The notes beneath the pieces were generated by a model. It made no database searches. It saw nothing but the letters and a program-made list of their open reading frames with translations, and was not told where the DNA came from. A stretch of 64,000 nucleotides of DNA, from positions 1,338-65,337 of the forward strand of contig JBJEQV010000022.1 of NCBI GenBank assembly GCA_051881915.1, given 5' to 3'. The translations under genes were made by a program, and so were the position numbers. This document shows, piece after piece, positions 31,311 through 40,428 of this stretch; the first letter of the stretch is position 1, and the number at the start of each line of letters is the position of its first letter. The stretch is from Porcipelethomonas sp. Lineage in GTDB: Bacteria; Bacillota; Clostridia; Oscillospirales; Ruminococcaceae.

Positions 31311-32063
31311 TTATTTTTTCTTGCTGTGCTGAATGTTATAAGTGATCGCTGAAAGTATTTTATGCGGCACAAATCTCAATCCGAAAATACCCAGCTTCAT
31401 ATGAAGGGACGGTATGATCAGAGTTTTTCCCTCAAGGCATTTATCAACAGCGTACTTAGCGGCATACTCGCTGGAGATCGCTTTGACACTGAAGGATACC
31501 CCTGCTCTGCTGTTGAAATTGGTATTGACCGGTCCCGGACAGAAAACGCTTATTCTGACCCGGCTTTTGCAGCGGCGCAGCTCCTCATATATGGCAAGAG
31601 AAAGACGCAGCACATAGTTTTTTGACGCATAATATGAAGACATAAGAGGACCGGTCATAAAACCTGCGCTTGAAGCCACATTCAGGATAGTCCCCCTGTT
31701 TTTCGCTTTGAATTCCCGCAGAAAAAGCTTCGTAAGTATATGAAGCGCCCTTATATTCACATTTATAAGATCCAGCTCGTCTTTAAGATCTGTTTTGTCA
31801 AACTCGCCGAAGATCCCGTAACCTGCATTGTTTACAAGCAGATCAACGCCGCGGTTTCTGCATTTTTCATAAAGCTCAAAGGGTGCATTTTCCTCTGCAA
31901 GATCAAGCACGATTATCTCTGACTTTGTTTTCAGAGTCTTCTGAAGCTCTATGAGCCTGTCTTCATTCCGAGCCGTAAGAATAAGCTCGTACCCTTTTGA
32001 AGAAAGGTATTCTGCAATATCCCGTCCTATTCCGGAGCTTGCTCCTGTGATCAGTGCTTTCAT
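31311..32063 (-). CDS. SDR-family oxidoreductase
   Basis: TGASSGIG, NNAG, YYASK. Confidence 0.92.
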   Translation of the reverse strand: MKALITGASSGIGRDIAEYLSSKGYELILTARNEDRLIELQKTLKTKSEIIVLDLAEENAPFELYEKCRNRGVDLLVNNAGYGIFGEFDKTDLKDELDLINVNIRALHILTKLFLREFKAKNRGTILNVASSAGFMTGPLMSSYYASKNYVLRLSLAIYEELRRCKSRVRISVFCPGPVNTNFNSRAGVSFSVKAISSEYAAKYAVDKCLEGKTLIIPSLHMKLGIFGLRFVPHKILSAITYNIQHSKKK

Positions 32064-32367
32064 TGTCAAATATCTCCGTTCTGCCGTTTTTATTTCATGC
32101 AATCAGATATTATGCTAAAATGGTATAACCTTTATCACGTCATTCTCCGCAGCGGCAGCGGAGTTTTCATTATTATAGCATATATACTGCTGTTTATCCA
32201 GTCTGTTTATTGAAAATTTAATGAAAATTTTTAAAAATCATTAAAAAAGTATGGACTTTGAAAAAATATTATAGTATAATTATATGAGTGGTCTGTAACG
32301 ACGCTTTTTTCTGCTGCTTTTTTAAGGGGCAGATCTACTGACAGTAATTTATACGGAGGTTTAAAAT

Positions 32368-33750
32368 ATGTTCAGAAAAATAAGAAGAATTCTTGCTGGA
32401 ATCATTGCTTCAGCCATGATCCTTACAAGTGCCGGATGCGGTGTGGGTAAAGATACTGCCTATGCCCTTACTGTTGACGGATATCAGGTAAGAGCCGGTA
32501 TATACATATACTATTCATATACGGCACTGAACGAAGCCAAATCAATGGCCAAGGAAATTGATGAGAACATCGATGATACAGACAGAAAGGCTCTTGAAAA
32601 GGTAAAGCTTGAGGGCAAGGATTTTATGACATGGGTACAGGACAAGGCTACTGATACATGCGCAAATCACGTTGCAGTTATAAAGCAGTTTGATGAGCTC
32701 GGGCTCAGTCTTTCAGATGACAAGAAAAAAGAAATCACGGATACCGTTGATGCTGCATGGGAGCAGAACGAAAAAATGTTTGAAGGAAACGGTATCGGAC
32801 GTGAATCGCTCGAAGAGATTATAACAATGTCCTATAAGACAGAAGCAGTTTTCAACGCATACTTTGGTGAAGGCGGAAGCGAAGGCGTTACTGACGATCA
32901 GCTGAAGGAATTCTATACCGATAATCATATGCGTGCAAAGTATATCGCAATGGATCTTCACGACGCTGAAGGCAATGAACTTGATGATGCAGGCAAAAAG
33001 GAACTGAAAGACATGGCAGATGATTTCCTCAAACGCGCAAAAGAAGCCGGACAGGAAAGCCAGCAGGCTATGCTTGATGAGTTCGTTGTAATGCAGGAAG
33101 AATATGACGCTTATGTAGCTGCTCAGGCAGAAGCAGCCGTTGATGATGAGGATGCCGGTTCAGAAACAACGGAAGCTGTAACAGAACCGGAGACCGAAGC
33201 TGAAACCGAAGAAGAAACTGAGGCTGAAACTGAAGCAGATGAAGAAGCTGCTGATGCCGAATCTGATGAAACTTCAGATATCTCCGCAGAAGAGCCGACA
33301 GATGCTCCGGACAGCGAAGATGAAGCTGCTGTTACAACTGCTCCAGATGAGGAGGAGGAAATCGAAACCACTACTACAAGTCCTTATACAAATGAAACTA
33401 TTATCAATGTAGTTACAACCGCCGCAGATGATGAAACCTCAGATGATGAAGAAGAAAAAGAAATAAACTATACTCCTTCCGAAAAGGCGTATAACTGGCT
33501 TCTTGATGCAAAGTACGGCGTTCCGGGAATTGTAGAAAATGATGACACTCTGTATGTTATAGTAAGACTTGATATTGATGAAAGAATCAATGAGGATGAC
33601 CTCTGGTCGGAAAACAATGTAGAAAGCGTAAGAAACACGATGTTTTCCGATGAGTTCCAGGATCTTCTGGACGGCTGGGCTGACGCATGCAGTATTGTAA
33701 GAAACGACAAGGCATACAAGAGATACGACCCGTTTGATATAAAGGAATAA
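32368..33750 (+). CDS. PrsA/SurA-like lipoprotein with an internal acidic linker
   Basis: Lipobox SAGC; ALTVDG SurA-N-like start; parvulin-like termini split by a long E/T/D-rich segment. Confidence 0.55.
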   Translation: MFRKIRRILAGIIASAMILTSAGCGVGKDTAYALTVDGYQVRAGIYIYYSYTALNEAKSMAKEIDENIDDTDRKALEKVKLEGKDFMTWVQDKATDTCANHVAVIKQFDELGLSLSDDKKKEITDTVDAAWEQNEKMFEGNGIGRESLEEIITMSYKTEAVFNAYFGEGGSEGVTDDQLKEFYTDNHMRAKYIAMDLHDAEGNELDDAGKKELKDMADDFLKRAKEAGQESQQAMLDEFVVMQEEYDAYVAAQAEAAVDDEDAGSETTEAVTEPETEAETEEETEAETEADEEAADAESDETSDISAEEPTDAPDSEDEAAVTTAPDEEEEIETTTTSPYTNETIINVVTTAADDETSDDEEEKEINYTPSEKAYNWLLDAKYGVPGIVENDDTLYVIVRLDIDERINEDDLWSENNVESVRNTMFSDEFQDLLDGWADACSIVRNDKAYKRYDPFDIKE

Positions 33751-33768
33751 TAAATTTTAAGCTGTATC

Positions 33769-33802
33769 CGCGGACAGGATTAAATATCCTGTCCGCTTTT
33801 TT
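33769..33802 (+). terminator. Intrinsic terminator
   Basis: GCGGACAGGAT/ATCCTGTCCGC followed by T7. Confidence 0.85.
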
Positions 33803-33876
33803 TGCATAATCCGTAATTTTCTGCAATATAGATTATATATGCTATTCACATAACAAAGTCTGTACGGGGGTGAACC

Positions 33877-36030
33877 ATGTCGGCAAAAATTGCTCTTGCA
33901 GGGAATCCGAACTGTGGGAAAACAACTCTTTTCAATGCGCTTACAGGAAGCCGTCAGCATGTAGGAAACTGGGCAGGAGTTACTGTTGAAAAAAAGAGCG
34001 GAACTATCAGAAACACCTCATTTACGCTCATTGATCTTCCCGGTGTGTACTCACTTGACGCATTCAGCACAGATGAAAAAATAACCGTGGACTATCTGCT
34101 CGGCAGCCGTCCTGACGCACTCATAAACATTATTGACGGCATGCATCTTGAACGCAATCTCTTTCTTACATTAAAGCTTGCCGAGCTTGAGATCCCTATG
34201 ATTGCCGCTGTAAATATGATGGATGAAGTCAATTTATCAGGTATGAAGATCGACTTTGATCTGCTCTATGAAATGACAGGAATACCGTTTATTCCGGTTT
34301 CTGCACGAAGCGGAGAAAATATTGATAAGATCACTGAAAAGCTGAAAGATATCATAAATCGAAAGCCCGGATTTAAAATAAGATACGAAAACAGCATTCA
34401 AAATGCTCTTAACTGCATATACGATACTATTTATGATCCGGTCAGAAAACTGCCTTACGCTTTCTATGCTTCTGAAATACTCTCAGGCAAAAACAGTATA
34501 AGTGAAAAGCTGCATCTGACTGCGGTACAGAACCGGAAAATCAAATTTACGGTCGACAGGCTCAGGTCAGAATACCCGCAAAAAAACACAGAATCGATCG
34601 CTGCCGATGCAGTTTACAGTTATATTGACAAGCTTATCCGTTCAGCCGTCACATTGAAAAAAGCGGACACAAGAGACATGATCTCACACAAAGCCGACAG
34701 GATCCTGCTCGGCAAATTTACTGCTTTCCCGATATTTTTCTGTGTAATGCTGGCTGTATTTTTTATAACGTTCGGTCCTCCGGGCAGCTTTCTTTGCAGT
34801 CTTATGGAAACCTTCATAAACAAAATTACAGCTCCGTCAATACTCGGATTAATGACCGCTGCTGACGCACCCGACTGGACAGTCAGATTAATATCCGAAG
34901 GGATTATCGGAGGGGTAGGCAGTGTTTTAAGATTTCTTCCGCAGATCGCTTTGTTTTTTCTTTTTCTTTCATTTCTTGAAGACAGCGGATACATGGCAAG
35001 AGCCGCGTTTCTTACTGACAAATTCATGCGTAAAACAGGACTTTCGGGAAAATCGTTCATACCTATGCTGATGGGTTTTGGCTGTACGACCACCGCAGTT
35101 ATGTCAGCAAGAACTCAGGAGAATTCCCACGAACGCAAAATGACCATAATGCTGACTCCGTTCATGTCATGCAGTGCAAAGCTGCCTGTTTACGCCCTTT
35201 TTACAGGAGTTTTCTTTCCGGAACACAGCGGATTAGTTATATTTATACTCTACATCACAGGGCTTGTCATTGCAGCGGTCTGGGGACTGATTTTAAGAAA
35301 AACACTTTTTAAAGACAAGTCTTCAGGATTTATAATGGAACTGCCTCCCTATCGGCTTCCTCTTTTATCAAATATACTGAAAGAAACCATTGAAAAGACA
35401 AAAGGATTCGTATTAAAAGCAGGAACACTGATTTTCGCTATGAGTGTCGCGATCTGGCTGTTTCAGAATATTTCATCAGATCTTACATTTGCAGATTCAG
35501 AAGCCGAAAGCATATTTTCACAAATCGGAAAATTCATTTTCCCTGTTTTTGCCCCCCTGGGATTTCCCGACTGGAAAACAGCAGTTTCCCTGCTGTCAGG
35601 AATCGTTGCAAAGGAAGCTGTCATTTCGTCAATGGGAGTTTTGTACGGCTCCGGACTCTATGAAATCCTGCCGCAGATTTTCACGCCTCTTTCAGCTGTT
35701 TCATTTATGCTGTTTGTACTTCTGTATAATCCGTGCATATCGGCAATTGCGGCAATAAAACGTGAAACAGGAAGCGCAAAGTGGGCACTGCTTTCAGCAT
35801 TTATACACCTTGCAACAGCATATACAGTTTCACTGATCGTTTATCGTACCGGAAATTATTTTTTAAATCATCGCTTTGATATGAGTATTCTGGTCGCTCT
35901 GATATGCGGTCTGATAGTATTTTCCGGAATATACCTTTTATTCAGAAATGTACGCAGCCGGATCAATGGCAGCTGCTGCGGAAATTGCATAAAATGTGAA
36001 CATAACTGTCATTCCGGACATCGTCATTAA
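33877..36030 (+). CDS. feoB: Ferrous iron transporter FeoB
   Basis: GNPNCGKTT, VGNWAGVTVE, DLPG, NMMD, EDSGYMARAAF, MELPPY; Cys/His-rich C-terminal tail. Confidence 0.95.
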   Translation: MSAKIALAGNPNCGKTTLFNALTGSRQHVGNWAGVTVEKKSGTIRNTSFTLIDLPGVYSLDAFSTDEKITVDYLLGSRPDALINIIDGMHLERNLFLTLKLAELEIPMIAAVNMMDEVNLSGMKIDFDLLYEMTGIPFIPVSARSGENIDKITEKLKDIINRKPGFKIRYENSIQNALNCIYDTIYDPVRKLPYAFYASEILSGKNSISEKLHLTAVQNRKIKFTVDRLRSEYPQKNTESIAADAVYSYIDKLIRSAVTLKKADTRDMISHKADRILLGKFTAFPIFFCVMLAVFFITFGPPGSFLCSLMETFINKITAPSILGLMTAADAPDWTVRLISEGIIGGVGSVLRFLPQIALFFLFLSFLEDSGYMARAAFLTDKFMRKTGLSGKSFIPMLMGFGCTTTAVMSARTQENSHERKMTIMLTPFMSCSAKLPVYALFTGVFFPEHSGLVIFILYITGLVIAAVWGLILRKTLFKDKSSGFIMELPPYRLPLLSNILKETIEKTKGFVLKAGTLIFAMSVAIWLFQNISSDLTFADSEAESIFSQIGKFIFPVFAPLGFPDWKTAVSLLSGIVAKEAVISSMGVLYGSGLYEILPQIFTPLSAVSFMLFVLLYNPCISAIAAIKRETGSAKWALLSAFIHLATAYTVSLIVYRTGNYFLNHRFDMSILVALICGLIVFSGIYLLFRNVRSRINGSCCGNCIKCEHNCHSGHRH

Positions 36031-36169
36031 TCATTTTTAACATAAAATTTACTGTTTTTTTAATAATATCGTAAAATTATAACAAAAAGCTCTTTACAAA
36101 CAGAATAAAGTAATGTATAATAAAATGTAAGGACTAACCTTAATAAAAATTAACCGGAGGATATATAAA

Positions 36170-37381
36170 ATGGCAAGATTTACTTTACCACGTGACCTTT
36201 ATCACGGCAAAGGTGCACTGGAAAATCTGAAAACTCTCACTGGAAAGAAAGCTATCATCGTTGTAGGCGGCGGCTCTATGAAACGCCACGGATTCCTTGA
36301 CAAAGCCGCAGGTTATCTGAAAGAAGCAGGTATGGAAGTACAGCTCTTTGAAAATGTTGAGCCGGATCCGTCTGTTGAAACAGTAATGAAGGGTGCCGCA
36401 GCAATGAGAGAATTCCAGCCGGACTGGATCGTTGCTATGGGCGGCGGTTCACCTATCGACGCTGCAAAGGCTATGTGGGCTTTCTATGAATACCCCGAAA
36501 CAACATTTGAAGACCTTATCACACCATTCAGCTTTCCTACACTTCGTACAAAGGCTAAATTCTGTGCGATCCCGTCCACATCAGGTACTGCAACAGAGGT
36601 TACAGCATTTGCAGTAATCACCGACTACTCAAAAGGTATCAAGTATCCGCTGGCTGACTTCAATATTACGCCGGACGTAGCCATCGTTGATCCTACACTT
36701 GCAGAAACAATGCCTAAAAAACTTACTGCACACACAGGTATGGATGCAATGACCCATGCAGTGGAAGCATACGTTTCAACTCTTCACTGCAATTATACCG
36801 ATCCGCTTGCGCTGCATGCAATCAAGATGATCCATAACAATCTGAAAAAATCCTATGACGGCGATATGGCCGCAAGAGCAGATATGCATGATGCACAGTG
36901 TCTGGCAGGCATGGCTTTCACAAATGCACTCCTTGGCATCGTTCACTCAATGGCTCATAAAACAGGTGCAGTTTTCAGCGGCGATCATATTATCCACGGC
37001 TGTGCAAATGCTATGTATCTCCCTAAGGTAATCAAGTATAATTCAAAAAATGAAGAGGCAGCAAAGCGTTATGCCGAAATCGCAGAATTCATCGGTCTCA
37101 GCGGCAATACAACAGATGAGCTTGTTGACGCACTCATTGCTGAGCTTCGCTCCATGAACGATCAGCTTGATATTCCTCAGGCAATTAAATTCTATGGTGC
37201 AGGCGGCGTTAAGTCTGAAACAAGCGTAATTGATGAAAAGGAATTTTTAGATAAGCTCCCTGAAATCGCTAAAAACGCTATTGGTGATGCATGCACAGGT
37301 TCAAATCCGCGTCAGCCGGACCAGGAGGAAATGGAAAAACTCCTCAAGGCATGCTATTATGACCTTGAAATTGATTTCTGA
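36170..37381 (+). CDS. Iron-containing alcohol dehydrogenase (NADPH butanol dehydrogenase-like)
   Basis: GGGSPIDAAK, STSGTATE, GMDAMTHAVE, HSMAH, HG. Confidence 0.92.
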   Translation: MARFTLPRDLYHGKGALENLKTLTGKKAIIVVGGGSMKRHGFLDKAAGYLKEAGMEVQLFENVEPDPSVETVMKGAAAMREFQPDWIVAMGGGSPIDAAKAMWAFYEYPETTFEDLITPFSFPTLRTKAKFCAIPSTSGTATEVTAFAVITDYSKGIKYPLADFNITPDVAIVDPTLAETMPKKLTAHTGMDAMTHAVEAYVSTLHCNYTDPLALHAIKMIHNNLKKSYDGDMAARADMHDAQCLAGMAFTNALLGIVHSMAHKTGAVFSGDHIIHGCANAMYLPKVIKYNSKNEEAAKRYAEIAEFIGLSGNTTDELVDALIAELRSMNDQLDIPQAIKFYGAGGVKSETSVIDEKEFLDKLPEIAKNAIGDACTGSNPRQPDQEEMEKLLKACYYDLEIDF

Positions 37382-37400
37382 TTATTTTACATTATAAAAT

Positions 37401-37432
37401 AAAAGTGCTTTTACATGTGTAAAAGCACTTTT
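37401..37432. terminator. Bidirectional terminator between adh and tetR
   Basis: AAAAGTGCTTTTACA/TGTAAAAGCACTTTT inverted repeat. Confidence 0.8.
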
Positions 37433-37433
37433 T

Positions 37434-38042
37434 TTATTCCTTCGGTCCGATCTCATGACTTTTTATGATCATCCTGATCGTACGGTAAAGATACGGCTTC
37501 AGCTTATCCGGCTCAACAGGTTCTCCATAAAGTATAGAAGAATATACCGTTGAGCTTACAAGCTCAACTATCATAAACAGCATAAGCTCCGGATTATCAA
37601 AAGTTACGGGAGCATCCTCGATCATCTTTTCATAAACATACTTAAAATTTATATCGTCACTTTCCGGAGATGTAAGGGCATTTTTAAATATGCCCCAGCT
37701 CAGATTCTTTGAAATAAATCCGAGAAGTTTCGGATTTTTCTGAAACTGATTAATTATATTGTCGATAATAAAAATGATCTTATCTTCAAAATCAAGATTT
37801 TCTTTATCATCCATTGTTTCAACAGCGGATTTGAATATAAGACTTGCCTGATGTGAAATAAGCTTGTTTTTAAGATCGTATTTGTCCTTGAAATAAAGAT
37901 AAAATGTTCCTTTGGCAACACCGGCTTTCTCAACAATTTCTGATATGGATGTTTTGCTGACACCCTTATCCGTGAAAATAGCAAATGCGGTATTAAGCAG
38001 GGATTCTCGCTTTTGTTTTTTGTTCATATCCAGTTTACCCAT
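37434..38042 (-). CDS. TetR/AcrR-family regulator
   Basis: TSISEIVEKAGVAKGTFYLYFKDK HTH. Confidence 0.95.
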   Translation of the reverse strand: MGKLDMNKKQKRESLLNTAFAIFTDKGVSKTSISEIVEKAGVAKGTFYLYFKDKYDLKNKLISHQASLIFKSAVETMDDKENLDFEDKIIFIIDNIINQFQKNPKLLGFISKNLSWGIFKNALTSPESDDINFKYVYEKMIEDAPVTFDNPELMLFMIVELVSSTVYSSILYGEPVEPDKLKPYLYRTIRMIIKSHEIGPKE

Positions 38043-38138
38043 AAAATTTCACCGCCTTAAAACTAATATAAATAAAATCCGTCTTTAAATGTCAATAACA
38101 TTATATTATAATTCACATTTCTTGTCAACTCCACAAAG

Positions 38139-38285
38139 TGACTAATAGTCATTTTATGGAGTTGTTGTCTTATATACACTTTTCACAAAAATATGACTTT
38201 TGGTCATTTTTTATCAAAATAGCCTTGACTTTACGTATAATGCGATTGTATAATATAGTTGCAAATCAAAAATGACTATTAGTCA
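38139..38285. promoter_or_regulatory. Three TGACT-N3-AGTCA palindromes (candidate TetR operators) around divergent promoters
   Basis: 38139-38151 TGACTAATAGTCA, 38194-38206 TGACTTTTGGTCA, 38273-38285 TGACTATTAGTCA; TTGACT-18-TATAAT at 38225-38254. Confidence 0.75.
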
Positions 38286-38312
38286 TATTTTCTTCTGAAA
38301 GGTTGTGATAAC

Positions 38313-40391
38313 TTGATTAAATTCGGAAAATGGGTGGTAAAGCACAAAAGCATTATTCTGATAATCAGTATACTGCTTCTGATACCATCTCTTATTGGAA
38401 TAATAAACACAAGAATCAACTATGATATTCTTTCTTATCTTCCGAAGGATATCGAGACAATGAAGGGTCAGGATGTTCTGCTTGACGAATTCGGAAAAGG
38501 CGGATTCTCGATGGTCATGATCGAAGGAATGTCTGACAAGGACGTAGCCGAGACCAAAAAAAAGATTGAAGAAGTCGATCATGTAGCAGACGTTGTGTGG
38601 TATGATACCATTGCCGACATAAGCATACCAAAAGAAATTCTTCCTGAAGATCTGTACGATTTCTTCAATTCGGATGACTCCACTCTTATGGCGGTTTTTT
38701 TCGATAATACAACGTCCTCCGATGAGACAATGAACGCCATAGAAGAAATGAGAACAATTGCAAAAAAGCAGTGCTTTATAAGCGGAATGTCCGCAGTAGT
38801 TCTGGATATAAAGAACCTTTCCAACAAAGAATCTTTAATGTATGTTGTGATTGCCGTGTTGCTTATTAGCATTGTGCTCATGATCACAATGGATTCATTT
38901 CTTGTTCCGCTATTCTTTATGCTCAGTATAGGAATGGCGATACTGTACAACCTGGGAACAAACTTTTTCAAAGGAGAAATTTCTTTTATAACACAGGCAC
39001 TGACCGCAGTTCTCCAGCTGGGCGTGACCATGGATTATTCCATATTCCTGTGGCACAGCTATGAAGAAAATCAGATTCGCTTTCCCGGAGACAAAAACAG
39101 AGCTATGGCTCATGCCATTTCAAATACTGTCTCCTCCGTTGTAGGAAGTTCGATTACAACGATAGCAGGATTTCTTGCAATGTGCTTTATGAGCTTTACT
39201 CTTGGTCTTGACTTAGGCATAGTAATGGCAAAGGGAGTTGTTTTCGGAGTTATAGGCTGCGTAACAATCCTTCCTTCGTTTATCCTTATATTTGATAAAG
39301 CTATCGAAAAAACAAAGCACAGAGATATTCTTCCCTCAATGAAGCGTCTGTCTTCATTTGTTGTAAAGCGCTCATGGATATTCCTCATAGTTTTTTTCGC
39401 AGTTCTTTTCCCGGCACTTTACGGCTACACACATTATGATGTGTATTACAATCTGGATTCGACACTTCCGGAGGATCTGGACAGCATCGTTGCCAACGCC
39501 AAGCTTTCAGAAGAATTCAACATGAATTCCACCCATATGCTTCTGATTGATTCAAATCTGTCGGCAAAGGACGTTGACAGCATGACGGCTGAAATGAATG
39601 AGGTTGACGGCGTAAGCTTTTCACTGGGATTCAATTCACTGGTAGGACCCTCCATTCCAGAGGAGATAATTCCTGAATCAGTTTCATCAATTCTCAAAAA
39701 TGATAACTGGCAGTTAATCCTCATTGGTTCTGAATACAAAACCGCATCAGACGAAGTAAATAAGCAGATATCAGAGCTCAATGAAATCGCAAAAAAATAC
39801 GATGATGACGGTATGATAATAGGCGAAGCTCCCGCAACAAAAGACCTTATTGAAATAACCGACAAGGATTTCAAAACAGTAAGTGTTGTTTCGATCAGCG
39901 TTATTTTCATCATTATTGCCTGCGTACTCAAATCCGTTTCCCTTCCTGTTATTTTGGTTGCTGTCATTGAACTTGCAATATTCATAAATATGGGAATTCC
40001 TGCTTATACACACACTTCCCTGCCGTTTATCGCGTCGATCGTCATAGGTACGATACAGCTGGGCGCAACCGTTGACTACGCTATCCTGATGACAACAAGG
40101 TATAAAAAAGAAAGACGAAACGGTGCAGACAAAAAGACATCCATAGAAACTGCACTTTCCTCATCGATCAAATCCATTATCGTAAGCGCTCTCGGCTTCT
40201 TTGCAGCAACATTCGGCGTAGGAGTTTACTCAAGCATAGATATGATCTCTTCCCTGTGCAATCTTATGGCAAGAGGAGCTATTATAAGTATGCTGACAGT
40301 AATATTCATACTTCCGTCAATGTTTGTTGTATTTGATAAACTTATCTGTAATACATCCATCGGATTCAGACCCGGTAAAAATCATAAATAA
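38313..40391 (+). CDS. MMPL/RND-family transporter
   Basis: Duplicated halves with LQLGVTMDYSIFL and IQLGATVDYAIL motifs; TTG start. Confidence 0.9.
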   Translation: MIKFGKWVVKHKSIILIISILLLIPSLIGIINTRINYDILSYLPKDIETMKGQDVLLDEFGKGGFSMVMIEGMSDKDVAETKKKIEEVDHVADVVWYDTIADISIPKEILPEDLYDFFNSDDSTLMAVFFDNTTSSDETMNAIEEMRTIAKKQCFISGMSAVVLDIKNLSNKESLMYVVIAVLLISIVLMITMDSFLVPLFFMLSIGMAILYNLGTNFFKGEISFITQALTAVLQLGVTMDYSIFLWHSYEENQIRFPGDKNRAMAHAISNTVSSVVGSSITTIAGFLAMCFMSFTLGLDLGIVMAKGVVFGVIGCVTILPSFILIFDKAIEKTKHRDILPSMKRLSSFVVKRSWIFLIVFFAVLFPALYGYTHYDVYYNLDSTLPEDLDSIVANAKLSEEFNMNSTHMLLIDSNLSAKDVDSMTAEMNEVDGVSFSLGFNSLVGPSIPEEIIPESVSSILKNDNWQLILIGSEYKTASDEVNKQISELNEIAKKYDDDGMIIGEAPATKDLIEITDKDFKTVSVVSISVIFIIIACVLKSVSLPVILVAVIELAIFINMGIPAYTHTSLPFIASIVIGTIQLGATVDYAILMTTRYKKERRNGADKKTSIETALSSSIKSIIVSALGFFAATFGVGVYSSIDMISSLCNLMARGAIISMLTVIFILPSMFVVFDKLICNTSIGFRPGKNHK

Positions 40392-40428
40392 TAATTTCGC
40401 CGTATCTTGCGGCAGACTGGAGATAATT

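Noticed and set aside
32210-32250. Periodic TGAAAATTT repeats upstream of the PrsA-like gene as a regulator site
   Set aside because: Cannot be distinguished from an AT-rich UP element or bent DNA.
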